Source: Lingula anatina | Lineage: Eukaryota; Animalia; Brachiopoda | Direction: 5' to 3' | DNA length: 64,000 nt | Assembly (NCBI GenBank): GCA_051362555.1 | Contig: CM120643.1 | Span: 28,586,848-28,650,847 of the forward strand | Part shown: one piece after another, positions 37,448-50,606 of the stretch | Layout of the letters: every line of letters starts with the position of its first letter | Position numbering within the stretch: the stretch's first letter is position 1 | Notes under the pieces: model-generated | What the model was told of the DNA's origin: nothing | Databases searched by the model: none | Seen by the model: only the letters and a program-made list of their open reading frames with translations | Program-made: the position numbers and the translations under genes

Positions 37448-40400
37448 AAAAGGAAAAAGAACAGTAACTTTTTTTGCCCCGACCGGTTTCTTTCTTTCTT
37501 CAGGGTTTTCTGTTTATTTGTTACTAGGTGATGTCATAAAGGCTAATATGTGACGTCTGTAACAATGGGTGTTTAATTGTTACTTTTACCAATGCTTTTA
37601 TCTATTCAATGTAGGTTTAAACTTATTAATGAATAGATTTTCTTTCATTTCCCTTTCTGTTTGAGTTGTTTCCTTAGTGAATTTATAAAATGGGAATACC
37701 GTAAAGTCCTTGTTTTTGTTCATAGGGCATCCCCTAATATACCCACTCACAGACGTGCACTGATATTTAGGTTGTCTTATTTGTTGTCTGTGAACGGTCA
37801 TTCTATGTCGGAGAGTGTCTCCAGTTTGTCCTATATAGTTCTCACTGCATCCACTGCAAGTTAATACATAAATTAAATTTGAGCTAGTGCAGGTGAATGG
37901 GTGTTTAATTCTAAAAGTAAGTCCATTTTTAAATGTTAGATGGCTCCCCTCTTTAATTAGTGGGCAGGTGCCACACCTGGGTACCTCACATTCCTGTACT
38001 CGTATTGTTGAGGTTTCCATATTTGTCCTGGAATTGTTTTCAAATTTTGCTTTTGTTAAAATTTGCTTTAGTGATGGACTTTGTCTCTTACTCTTTATAA
38101 TCTGCATTTCGGTTAGTATCTCATTCATTTTGTCATCTTGTTTTACCAAAGGTAAGTTTCCAGTTATGACATTGTGTACTTCCGAATTTTTTTGATTATA
38201 TGTTGATATGTACGGTATGGCTTCCTTTTTAATTTTGTCTTTGGTGGTCCTCAGGTCGTTTTTCGGTATCTGTTTTGCCTTTTTAATCCCAGTTTGTATC
38301 AGTTGTCTTGGATATTGTCTCCTTAATAGGAATCCTTCCAGCTCTTTGAGCCTTTGTTTTAATATGGTATCATTTGAGACAATTGTGCATAGTCTTCGAG
38401 CTAGATTGCATGGTATGTTGTGCTTAATGTGTCTGGGATGACACGAGTTAAAAGGGAGATATTGTTTTGTGTCTGTTGTTTTGTAATACACATCTGTCTC
38501 AATTTTTCCTTTTACACTCATTACCATAACATCGAGGAATGGGAGTTGTGTTGAATTTGAATCCATTGTGAATTGTAAAGAGGGATGTAGGTTGTTGAGG
38601 ATCAGGTTGAAATCTTCAAATTCATTTTCTATTTTGTCCCAAATTATAAAACAGTCATCAAGGAAACGTTTCCATGTGTTTTCTAATTGATTCCTAAACT
38701 CGAGTCCAAACCGTTCTTCGCATCTTTTGTAAAGGCCTTTTTCGATGTATCCTAAGACAAGTGTAATGTAAGTGGGGGCTACTTTTGTACCCATTGCAGT
38801 TCCTAATTTTTGGCGATAATGTTTGCCATTGAAGTGGAAAGTATTGTTTGTCAAGATGAACGTAAGTCCTTCTATAATGAGGGTATTTTGGATACGTTTT
38901 GGAATATATGACGGGTATCTTTCTATCCAATAGCTGATTGCCTCAATGCCCAGATCATGAGGGATGTTTGAGTACATGTTGGTAATATCGAAGGAAACTA
39001 GAATCGAATTTTCATTGATATTTTTTGGCAAGTTGTTAAGGAAGTCCACCGTGTCCCTTATGTAGCTTTTTACTTCTTTGATAAAGGGTTTTAATAAGAT
39101 GTCTAGAAAATTGCTAAGTCTGTGAGTTTCGCATGCTGGCCCAGCTATAATTGGACGCATCTTTAAATCACTTGTATCATTGACTTCTACGTAGGTCGAC
39201 TTTGTTGTCTTGCATGCTTTGTTGATGCATTCGCTTTTATGTATTTTAGGGAGTCCATAGAAATTGCTCACTTTGTATTCAAAATTTGTGAGATAGTCAC
39301 GTTCCTTATCTAGTAGACCTTTCCCATGTAACGCTAAAAGATTCTTTAACTTGCGCATAGTGGTTTCGGGGTGATATGTCGTAATTTTTTCATAGTATGA
39401 TTTTTCATAAGTGTCGGTATCCATAATCACTACAGCACTGCCTTTGTCTGCTTCTTTGATAATTATTTCATTGTCATTTCTGAGTATATTTAGAGTTTTC
39501 CATTGTTCTTTATTGAAATTTCCTTTTCCAGGTTGAGTTTTAATCTGATCCATTGGAAATTTTGATATATGATTTATATATAAGTCTAATGCTGCATTCC
39601 TTCCTCTGTTTGGTGTAAAAGAACTTTTATTACGGACAATCGATTCATCAGTATTTTCTTTGTCTTTATAAAACTCCGCTAAGCGTAGCCGTCTGCGAAA
39701 ATTTGAAATATCCTGTTTAAGTTCTTCATGATTGGGTTTTTTGGGTGTGGGTGTGAATTTTAAGCCTTTCTCTAGTATACTTATTTCAGTTTGTGACAAT
39801 TTTTTCTTTGATTGGTTTATCGTTTACAATGAAATCGCCGTCTTTTGCCTTGCACCATTTGACAATAAACCCTTTCATTTTTGTTACCCCTTCAACATAA
39901 TAGAACATCCAGAGTGTCTTTCATCTTTTCAGGAATGTCTCGATCATTCGATCCAGTGGGATATTCTTTAATGATTGACACGTCAGGGGCGCGATATAAG
40001 AAACAGTGTGAAGAAAGGAGAAACCAGGTAAGGTATTGATTTGAATAAAGTATAGAAATGCTCATTTAAAAAGATGTAATTAATATCAAGTATTTCTGGA
40101 TATATAATCCATAGTTTTCCTGCAGTGGAATACCAATGTGATAAATATCACTTAGCCTTACTTGGAATGCAAACACTTTGTCAATACCAATTGTATGGGA
40201 CAAGCACAAAAGATTAAAGTGCCCCATTAACCTAAGTAAAATATGTCCTTTAATAGAATCCAGTTATAAAGAAAGTAGTTTCATGCAGTCAACAAAAAAA
40301 TTTGTACTCCTTTGCAAGTCGATATTTTGTTTCTTTTATTACATAAGACCATATATTGTGTCAACTGCCAGGTTTAAGTAGTGGAATAGTGCCGAAACTG

Positions 40401-41146
40401 CCTGGCGGCATTCTAATCTGAAAACAATACCAATGTCGAGGTTGTCCTGTCTGTTTCATCCTTGAAGGTAGTCGTCGTCTCCCTCTTCTTGTATATTTCA
40501 AATGTGACATATTTTACATATTTTTACGTTCCAGTTTTTTTGCCACGAAGAGGAAGACCAGTGTTTCACCCCAATACGATACATGTTCAATACTGATTTT
40601 CACATCTATTTCGCGATAGTTTCGGTAAACAGGGCGAACATCACGTCAGCTGAAGGCATTTGTAGTAGAGGAGTGTTTTATCTTTTCCGCATCAGCGAAT
40701 TGAAAGCTCTCAGAAATGGTGAATGGATGCATCTAATACGTACTTGGACGTGCACAGAGGTGGCCCAAAATGCAACGATTCCTTCACCGGCGGCCGTCAT
40801 CAAATACGGAGTCAGATTAACGAAGATGATTCGAGGTTATCGTGAAGGCATCCGGATGTTTGCCTCGTTCCAAAACGAAGTGTCCGAGGAGCTGAGGGAC
40901 AGGAATGAGACTGTCACATATAATGGCATAGAATATAGGATCACCGTGCTGATGTCAGGCATAGCTCGCTGTCCAGGTAGCGTTAACACTACCCAGATAC
41001 CCCCACCACAGACAGGAACGCACGGCGGGGGTACTAGCGGTACGCCCTCCCGTGCCAATGAGCGTCCTCACAGTAACACGCTGGCGTACGTGGCGTTAGG
41101 GTTTGCCTGGGGGATTTTCGCGTTTCAGATGGCCTCCGAGGTTTGA
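35840..41146 (+). CDS. Somatomedin-B-domain Cys-rich cell-surface protein, ~659 aa (exons 35840-37112, 39933-40027, 40535-41146)
   Basis: TATAAAA at 35765; signal peptide MDSPLQCKLRFFVSFLLFLQGVLG; furin-like RDRRKR; SMB motif CYCDEFCFLFQDCCFD; MVTSCP...PVSD...FHNKYCAMCHG block. Splice phases are consistent (1 then 0; exon 2 GMSRSFDPVGYSLMIDTSGARYKKQCEERRNQ). C-terminal hydrophobic tail LAYVALGFAWGIFAF. Confidence 0.8.
37445..39823 (-). mobile_element. Penelope-like retroelement (RT + GIY-YIG, Neptune-like), 5'-truncated, in intron 1 of the SMB gene
   Basis: 733-aa ORF 37598-39799 with ADKGSAVV, FYGLPKIHK, FDITNMYSNI, GTAMGT, RFLDD, a CxxxxCxxC knuckle and NLIYVLTC..YIGQTG. The 3' region ends at a (TA)n tract at 37404-37444. 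Confidence 0.9.
37477..37505 (-). ncRNA. Minimal type-I hammerhead ribozyme motif at the Penelope 3' end
   Basis: Minus strand CC-CUGAAGA-AAGAAA-GAAA-CCGG-UC-GGGG: conserved CUGANGA and GAAA boxes, palindromic ACCGGU helix III, GUC cleavage triplet, short C/G helix I, no pairable helix II. Confidence 0.7.
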
Positions 41147-43275
41147 GTTGTGCATTTTTGTTTGCTTTAGGGAGAGGTGCAGGGAGGCAAAAAGACGCAT
41201 CCAGGTAAAAAAAAAATGTAGGGGAGGCAATGTTTGATATTTCATGTTTTATGTACAGTAAACCATTCAGACCTGCTAGAGGTCAGGTCAACTCGTTAGT
41301 TAATTAAGTCAATTAAACAGCTATCAATATTGTTAGTGAGTCGGTAATTTCTTACCTTTTCCATGTTAGCAAAACTATTTGTAGTTATTAATATTGACAG
41401 TTTAATAACGGTATTCTGTCTAAAACCAGTGAGCACATTAATATAGACATTCAAGTTGTGGCGTCTGTAAATACCAGTACATGATGTTTGCTTCGATTTA
41501 ATGGTAATTGTAGGGTAACCCAAAAGCTCTTTGTATTTACCTTTTTGGATAAATGGATTAATCTGTGGTGTTCACTGACTATATTCCTTGGCATTTACAT
41601 AAATGTCATCTCAGGGAGGACGTCATAACTGGGTTTTTTCAGATGTCTCCTTTACCTGAACACTCCCAGACACTGCAACTCCAATTAAATGACATCATTT
41701 AATACTTGAAAACCATGCTAGCAATTTTTCTTGAAAGCATTAGTTGAGATTTTATCGTTAATAAAGGCAAAATAAAGCCTTTTGTCTTTGATGTATTGTA
41801 ATTAAGGGCTCAAAATCTATGAAAAAAATATTAAAACCGAAATGCATGGGAATAAAGCTCATACACTTGCCGTCATGTATGCCAATTTTCGTGATAAGAT
41901 CTTGTTCAAGAATGGAATGACGACCCATACCAATTGTCATCTCACCTAAAAACAAAAAGATGTTATATTGATAATAAATATCTTGAGGCGTCTATGCTTA
42001 TGCTTATGGGAGAACGTGTGAGGGGAAACAATTTAACTGGAATCAGTCCATTTACAGTGTTACTCATTGATTAAGACCATGTAAAATCATTTGTAATCTG
42101 AAATCGTGGATTAAGACCATTCCAGGCACAATAGTGACCCCTGTGTTGATAATCAATCAGCAAAACATCTGAAATTAATTGTTTTAAAGTAGTTATTTTT
42201 TAAATTAAATTTAATTTAAAAAATTGGATTTATTTGAATTTGAATTTGGATTATTTTTCAAATTATATCAAAATATTATTAAACAATAAAGGATAAAAGG
42301 GAAACATATTGACAAATATCTAGTGCATTACTGGTCTGATATAATGGTACAAGCCGTGATCAATGTCATTTTTGCAAAATAATCTGTTTGATATTTTAGA
42401 TTGTTGATTTGGAACCCTTGTGAAATTGCATTTTGGTGAAATAAATAATGTTGTAACTTCGTATGGGTGAAATTGTATATTGCTTAGCCAAAAAGGCATC
42501 GGTTTCATTTCATTCAGTTAAATATAATTCCAGGATATTGTATTCCGTAAAAAAAACAATATGTACTGATAAGGAAAGGAGAAGGGTGGGCTCTTCTCTG
42601 TTCAATATTCAGTAAAACCTAGCCAAGACGTCAAGATAATTTCCTAGCCCCTCCCACTTCAGCCCCATATCCTTGGGCAATAAGGTTGTGCCCTTCCAAC
42701 TAACTCTATTCAGCCAAATCGCGCTAAGTGATGCAATATTGGGGGTGAATTTTTGTGGCATCAATTTTGAAATAAATGGTTCTTTTTTATTGATACGCAT
42801 GTTCTTTTGACATTGACATTAGAGAAGACCTTTTTAACTTTGCGGTTGAAGAACATTTTAATGCGTTTAATGACACTGAAAAGTTTAAATTGCTCATGGA
42901 AAATGACCAGAATTTAAAACAGTATGAAAAGTACACGCAATGATGTGGAGAAGAAGTAAAGCTATTACAGACGAGAGGGACTGAAAGTTTTTATGGAATA
43001 TTCTTTTTTACGTGTTTAATTGATAGGCAATTTATTTTTTTATGAATTTTAAGTGTACTATCACAGGTTTTATTCTCTCATAACCTTAAACAGGTCTTAG
43101 CTTATACTGACTTATCAACACAACCTGCATTAGCCAGAAAGCTGTTGCATGGCGCATATCAAAGGGAAATGTCGCCTTGTCTGATAACCAGCATCTATAT
43201 CTGTGTCAGTATGATGCAACCACGACATAGCATAAAAATCCATATGAAGGAACGGCAATTAACGTACAATCTGCC

Positions 43276-44774
43276 ATGGGTAGTACACCAAGAAGGTTTT
43301 TTATATACCTAGCCCTGTGCATTACCTTAGCTGCCCTGCTTCCTGTTTATATCTGGTTGACTGGTGCAGGTAAATATTGGCGCACTGTATATTAGTTCAT
43401 GTATTTATAGTTTGATGTTGTAAAGGTAAATAGTGCTGCTTTCGCTACTGAGTTGGGTCCATTTAAACACAGCCAGTTATTAGTCTGAAAGAAACATCCT
43501 TGTTATAAATATACCAGACGTGTTTGAAAATACCCTGAGGCATGATTGTGTGTATATCAGCTATATGTTTCTTTAAATACCACAAAACCCATTTACTGTA
43601 TCCGATGCAGGTTATTCCTTTTTCAAATAACATGAAAGCAGGACACCTTCGTGGACTAAAAAGATTGAAATGAATTTAACTTAAATACATCTGTTTCATT
43701 TTACTTTGTGTAGGCCATGGTTTATTTTCGAAAACGACCGTCTACCGTGGCTTTCCTCTGCTAAAGAAAACGGGAATGGGATCAAATTTTGTTAGTTTGA
43801 TGCAACGTTTAGATTCCGGTCAAAAGGCGTACCGGATTCCGGAAATGACGTCATGTGTTCCACGAAGACATATCGTGTTTTTTAGGGTTTCGAAATGTTC
43901 CTCCACCACGCTGTACATGCTCCTGCAGCGAGCTGTTGTCAAATATCGTTTGCGGGTTCTGCGACCCAAGACCAACAAGATTCATTTCTATCGAGTCCAC
44001 CCTTACAGGCCAACGAAGATTACAGTGCACGATGCAAAATACAACCCTAAGCTTACATATGATGTTTTAATGGACCACATGATATACGACGCTGATGTCA
44101 TAAACAAAATGATGCCGTCAGACTCGTTTCACCTGGCGATTCTTCGAGAACCATTTGCTCAATTTATAAGTGCATATGATTACTTTAGACTATGGGTGAA
44201 GTTTAGAGTTCATTCAGCCGAATTTCTAAATCACCCCCATTTTTACTGGAACCGGAGTGTGTCTTCTCGGGACAAGGCGACGTACGCGAGAAACAGCATG
44301 ATCTCTGAACTAGGTTTTCCAGACGAAAGAGAAGATTTAAGAGACAACGACACTTTTATTCAAAGCTACATCAATTTCCTAGACTCTGCGCTGGATTTTG
44401 TGATAATAGTGGAACTCCTCGATGAGTGTTTGGTGTACCTGCGACGTTTGTTATGCTGGACTATGGAGGATATGTTATACAGTAATGCCAATGTACAAAA
44501 GAAGTACAGGCGTCCATGGAGGGAACAAAACAACACATTGTATAAAGAAAAACATAAACGGTGGAGCAAGGCGGATCACCAGCTCTATCAACATTTTCTA
44601 AACAAGTTTCTTGCTACACTCCGAAGACAAGGTCATGATTTCTTTGAAGAACTCTCCATATTCCGTAAGGCAAAAGATGCGTTGGACAGATGCGGAGGTG
44701 CGGACCGGGTTAGAATCAAAATTACAGACAAACATACTTTATACACTCGAGACTCAAAAATCAGCTGCGTTTGA
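43276..44774 (+). CDS. Galactose-3-O-sulfotransferase family protein (exons 43276-43369, 43714-44774)
   Basis: Type-II anchor exon MGSTPRRFFIYLALCITLAALLPVYIWLTGA splices (phase 1) in frame to the 332-aa ORF. Motifs HIVFFRVSKCSSTTL (5'-PSB-like), ILREPFAQFISAYDYF (3'-PB), LDECLVYLRRLLCW, WSKADHQLYQHF. Confidence 0.85.
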
Positions 44775-44946
44775 AATCAGACAGTAAAGGGATAGGTTTT
44801 TGATGTGACAAGATGTAGCTTAGATTTACAAACAAGAAAGAAAAGGCGATCACTGAAATACGGTCAGATTTGTAAGGTGCTCGTCAATTTGGGCTGATTA
44901 AACCATACACTTCGTGATAATAGCCGGCTCAGTTCTCCTACAGCTT

Positions 44947-45044
44947 TCCAGCAATCACAAAGCGTTATTATAACGTTACCATTACGTTAATTAATGTCAC
45001 CAAAACGTTGCAGTAACGTTATTAGTCATTATGTGTTTGCTGGG
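44947..45044. mobile_element. Short MITE with CCAGCAA(A/T)CACA-type TIRs
   Basis: CCAGCAATCACA ... TGTGTTTGCTGG enclosing repeated (T/A)ACGTT motifs. Confidence 0.5.
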
Positions 45045-46812
45045 TTGGTATTGGGGTCGGGAAGAGGGAGGCGCCACCGTAACTGCTACAGGAATGACAA
45101 ACCCAAATGATTTCTTATAACTACGGTAGATCAATTAGATTACAATTATATTATCATTTACAATCATCTATGAAGAAATTTACAATCATCCATGAAGAAC
45201 TTCAACTGAGATGGACAACGGCATCCAAAATAACTCGAGAAAATCTCATGACTTCCTTGAAGTCTTACACTGTGTATGTTTCAGTGTATACGATGTTTTA
45301 TATAATGTGGTTCTTTCTTCTACGTCTGGGTTAACCATTCTGTGAGGGCTGATGAATAAATTATCAGAACATCATACAAATTCACTGAGCCTGGCAAATG
45401 CATATACATTCTTAATGAGTTACCACATAACGAATGGCAAAACACTGCAGAAAAATTTTAATTCTCTTTCAGTCCAACTGCAGTATTGCGAATCCGCTGT
45501 GATGGCCCAAAGTCTATCGCACGACTTTAAAATCACGAGATTTTGCTCATTGCGACAAAAAAATAATAATCAAAATCTAAATTTAACACACAACTCTGAG
45601 AAGAGGAAAAAATACCACAAGTAACAATTCATGATTGTTAAACTCGTAATGCTGATGGCGTGGGATTTGTGAAATATCAATATTTATATGTAGATGGTCA
45701 AGAATAAGATTTGCAAAAATGCATAGGAAGAAGTCGCGCCGTTAGTTAAGTGTGAAATGAAATGAAAGGGGCATCTATGAAAAACAAATTTGGCATTCAT
45801 TAATTAACACCAATATGCTCAAAAGTTAGATAGTAACATGGAATCAAATCATTAAACTACATTTGCTGATATTCAAAGTGGTCACCAAGGCACCAAGTGG
45901 TCACTGCCACCCTAGTGATATGTACCGTGACACCTTGAACGTCAGCGAGAGGTGTTCAAGACATTTCACCGAAAAACGCCCTTTAAACCGAATAACTCCC
46001 ATACCGTATATGGGCATCTATATAATTATAAAGTCGACAAATAATTTTCATTATTTCTTGTTATCAATACTTTCCTTTGTCTTGCGTGAACGATATGCGT
46101 ATTCCTGTCAGCCATTTAAGGAGGAAAAAGTCAGACGGCCGTTTAACTCCCACTGCTTCAATCTGGAAAGGACTTAACGTACATGTTTAAATACAAATGT
46201 CTGTAACAGATATATTTGAGAGCATCTTTTAGAATTCCCATAACAGTTTAATGACGTTATTACTAGGTTAGACTCCACATTAATTCTACATGTATCCAAT
46301 TAGAATATTATTTCGTCATATTTGCTACACCCACTTTGCTGTCTGTCGTTTGACGTATTAATTTTAGTTGCGCCCGTTCATTAGCTTTTAGACATCCTCT
46401 ATTTTATTGACAAGCCTCTAACTCTATTTTTCCCGTCTTTCTTATGTAATCTGCTTTAATGTATTTTAGTGTCTCCTCGTTGACATTTTCAATTGGTTCC
46501 CAAGTATTCTTTTTATAAGGGAACTCTTTCATGCACTCTGGCACATGTCACCGGAATGACACCCCGGAATGCAGTGTACCACTGATATGTCAAGCACTCA
46601 GCCAGTACATGCTGGACTTTGATACCGTCCTGGTTACTGACAACATCACCTGATTGGGATGTGTCGATCAGTTGACATCTCAGAATAGTACAGATAACTT
46701 ATCAAATGATATATAAGCATACACAATCAACGGCTTTGGCATCAGTAGAGCGGGGCGGTCGGCGTGTAGTGGGCGGGGCGCTGTGCCCACTTTGGGCGCC
46801 TTAACAATAGCA

Positions 46813-49039
46813 ATGGTTTCCAAAGGGCTGTGCAACGTCTTAAGCGAAAACTTTTTAACGTGTCATATATGTCTGGAGGAATATAAAGACCCGAGAGTGC
46901 TCCCCTGTTACCACACGTTCTGCCTGAAATGCATTGTTGACCATGCAGCCAAGAATGGTGCCCAGAACAAGTTCTCTTGTCCCGTGTGTCGCCAAGAGGC
47001 CCCCATACCACCAGGCGGACTAGAAACTCTTGTGAAAAACTTCTTTTTGAAAAAGCTTGCAGACTTCACGAAAAGTCAGAGAAAACTTCAGGGGAAACTT
47101 TGTGATTTTTGTAAGCATAAAGAGGCTACTTTGCTGTGCCAGGGATGTCCAAAAGCCAACCAGATGTGTGCTACATGCCGCGATTCCCATACATTAAATG
47201 GACATCACTCTGTACCTCTGTCACAAGTCGACTTCTCAGAACACACACGGGAACAGTTACGCCACGTGTTAGATAAAGCCCAATACTGTGACAAACACGC
47301 CAGAGAACAGCTGGCATTCTATTGTGAAAACGATGACACCGTCATATGCAGGGAATGTGTTGTAGAAACCCGACTTCAAAAAAGTAGGGGATGTGGTGAA
47401 GGTTCAACGGGATCTACTGCAAGAGAAGGTAAAATGCCTCCTGACGGAGACACTGCTTCGCTTTGTAAAGGCAGAAAAGGCCACTGTACGAACAGAAGAA
47501 AGGCTGACAAAAAATCAAGAAAAAATTCTTCGTTTGGTGGATTCTCAAAAATTTGCCATGACAAAGGAGATAAAGGAAAACAGTAAAACTATTGACAGAG
47601 AACTTAACGATTATTACCAACAAGTAGAGAAAGACCTACGTGAACAGACGAACGCGTATTTAACAGGTGTCAAACAGGTGTTGGAAACGTATCGAACAAA
47701 AGTGCAGTCCGATTACTGCGAAATGCAAAAAGTTATAGATGACAATAGCAGCAAAATAACAGCAGAAGTGAAGACACTCACCTCCACGCAGGTGAAGACT
47801 TTAGAAGCTGAAAAGGAAAATCAAGAAATGAACAGGATTTCCATTCAGAGTATTCGTGATTTCGTTCAGCAGCTCACAGACACTGGTTCTGACATAGACG
47901 TCATGACCCACTCTAAAAAACTCCAAACTAAAATCCAGGAGTTACAGACATCTGAACCGGTCTTTGATACCAAGACCACCGACATCACATTTACACCAGG
48001 GAAAAAAATGGACCTTGTGCTACTGTTTCCTAAAATTCCTGAACCACGGCCGCTGTCCATCAAAAAGGGGTCCATTACGGCTAAAACTTACCGGGGTCCC
48101 TTCGATGCATGTTTTGGAAGTTTGAAACAAGAGACAGTATGCTACCCCGAGCTGATGGAATTTCAGAAGGTCACATTGCTCGAAACGCGAGAGCGGCAGA
48201 TATCTTTTTATGTTAGGAGACGGCTGTGGGACACCCAGTGCACGGATGACGGTTGCTTTTTAGTTGCATGTGGTATTATGTTCTTACACACAGCCTGTAC
48301 CGTGTGTGTATTCTCCAGCACAGGTGAACTTGAAAGAGAGTTTAGTAAAATGAGAACCTGGGCGAGGTGTAACTGTACAGTCAGTAACGATAGATTCTTG
48401 GTCACATGCAAAGATAAAAGTTGTAGACTGTATTCAACATCAGGTCAGGTTATCCAATGTATCGGTCAGGGTGATATGTCTGACCCCTGGGGTGTCACTG
48501 TCGACCGTACAGAGGGTAAGGTTTACGTGTGTGATAGCGGTGCACAGTGCATCTGTGTGTACGACTTGAAATCTTTCCAACTTGTTAACAGAATCCCTAT
48601 CCCAATGTGCAGTAAATATTTACAGCGCTGTGCATACCACCTCGGCATCAATGCAATCATAGTCAGCGGCTTCTTGGGCAACTGTGTGTATGCAGTGACC
48701 CCCCAGGGTGACGTCATATTCCAATACGGAACACGCGGTCAGAGTGGAAGCGGAGATGGACAGCTGAGTTTCCCAGAGGGAGTGTGCGTAGATAGGTTTG
48801 GGCACATATTCATAGCTGACAGTTTTAATCACAGAGTGGTTGTCCTTGGTCCACGAGGAAGATTCATACGAAATATTTCGACAAGGGTAGAACTCAATAG
48901 ATTTCTACGTTTTATGCTGACTGGTGGGAGTGACGACTTTGAACGCCCCGTGTCAGTCTGTATCAATAATAACGGGGAGCTTGCTGTTGGAACTTTCACC
49001 GGTGGAGTATCCACGCATAAGTATATAGATTGCAATTGA
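46813..49039 (+). pseudogene. Intronless TRIM-NHL (RING-Bbox-Bbox-coiled coil-NHL) gene with a frameshift at ~47370
   Basis: RING CHICLEEYKDPRVLPCYHTFCLKC..CPVCR; B-boxes; coiled coil; NHL repeats (PWGVTVD, LSFPEGVCVDRFGHIFIADSFNHRV). The frame switches between CRECVVET and DFKKVGDVVKVQ. Confidence 0.85.
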
Positions 49040-50246
49040 CTCACAAGATTTTACACTGTGGTGATGATTGAATTGTGATTAATATCACTGAGAAAAATGT
49101 AATGAACGCACCACAAAAAAAACCTTAGAACTATGTTTCCTTTCTATTGTTACTGAAAGTGTGAGGACGTTTTAAATGAATTTAATCAACATGTGTAAAG
49201 ACTTCTATAAAATGAGGGATTGTAATACTTTGAGCACTTTTATCTTGCAGATAATTGTTTTCCTCTCTGCTAGATATATTTTGACATTTGCTTCTTTTTC
49301 AACGTTTTAATTCAAATAGTAATATCATGCGTATGATGTATATAAATTAATATAAAAAAATTTAAAGATAAGGTTTTGTTTTTGTCTGTTCATGAAACTA
49401 TTTGTTATTATTTTCTTTTTTTTATTTTCATGTGAATAATTTGTGCAGGCATATGATAGACAACTCATATAGCAAGAATTCTAAAGATAAGATTGTGTTG
49501 GTTATTGGTAGTACTCTTTAATGTTTAGAAATAAAATCAAATAAGTCTTGATTATGTTGTCTTTTTATAATTATTTTGTTTAGCACTGAAATTATAAAAA
49601 GACAACATAATCAAGACTTATGTTGTCTTGATTATGTTGTCTTTTTATAATTATTTTGTTTAGCACTGAAATTCAGAAAAACGAACGCGGTCGAGAGCAG
49701 AACAGTTATTGTTTTAAAGTATTTGACATTTAATGTACACTGTGAAGTCGATATAGGCATTAATACAAAACAGACACAGTTTTGAGGCACAGTTTTGAGG
49801 AACTACTACTAGTCCGGTTGCTTAGGGCAAAAAAATGGCCAAATCGTGACACGACGGATAAAAGCACCAAATTTTGCATGTGGGTACCTTTTGACATACT
49901 AAATCAAATTACAGCCGTAGCCCACGAAAAAAGTTTACCGTTTGGCCAAAAAATCCAAAATGGCCGCTTATTTGTGAAATTCTGTAGAAATAAATACATA
50001 CCTATGTTGATTTTTATCAAATAAAGTATTTTCTCAATGTTTTCCACATCCTTATTACCCATATTATGCATATATGTCAGATAACAAACGAGTGTCCTTG
50101 GACTGTTCGAAAAATCCAAGATGGCCGTCATATGGCATAGGAATACTAGAACATGTACAAGGGTTTTCAACTAATGCCAACTAGGAAGATGCATTGCCCA
50201 CTATCTAATTAATTTTGTTTCTGAGTGCCTTACTACAGAAATAATA

Positions 50247-50606
50247 TTCATGGCTGCTGTCACACCAAAGTACCTGCTAGTCCTGATAGATAAATCCATA
50301 TGAGAATACAAGTGAAGAACTGCCCTTCATGGCTGCTGTCACACTAAAGTGCCTGCTAGTCCTGATAGATATATCCATATAAGAACACAAGTGAAGAACT
50401 GCTCTTCATGGCTGCTGTCACACTAAAGTGCCTGCTAGTCCTGAGAGATATATCCATATAAGAACACAAGTGAAGAACTGCTCTTCATGGCTGCTGTCAC
50501 ACTAAAGTGCCTGCTAGTCCTGAGAGATATATCCATATAAGAACACAAGTGAAGAACTGCTCTTCATGGCTGCTGTCACACTAAAGTGCCTGCTAGTCCT
50601 GATAGA
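50247..50606. repeat. 79-bp minisatellite, ~4.5 copies
   Basis: TTCATGGCTGCTGTCACAC... recurs at 50247, 50326, 50405, 50484, 50563. Confidence 0.95.

Noticed and set aside
42830-42970. DIREDLFNFAVEEHFNAFNDTEKFKLLM, like a LINE ORF C-terminus
   Set aside because: Too short and decayed to assign.
49810-50170. Possible terminus of a large DNA transposon (TAGTCCGG..., repeated AAAATCCAA(A/G)ATGGCCG)
   Set aside because: No partner end, TSD or transposase found in the window.
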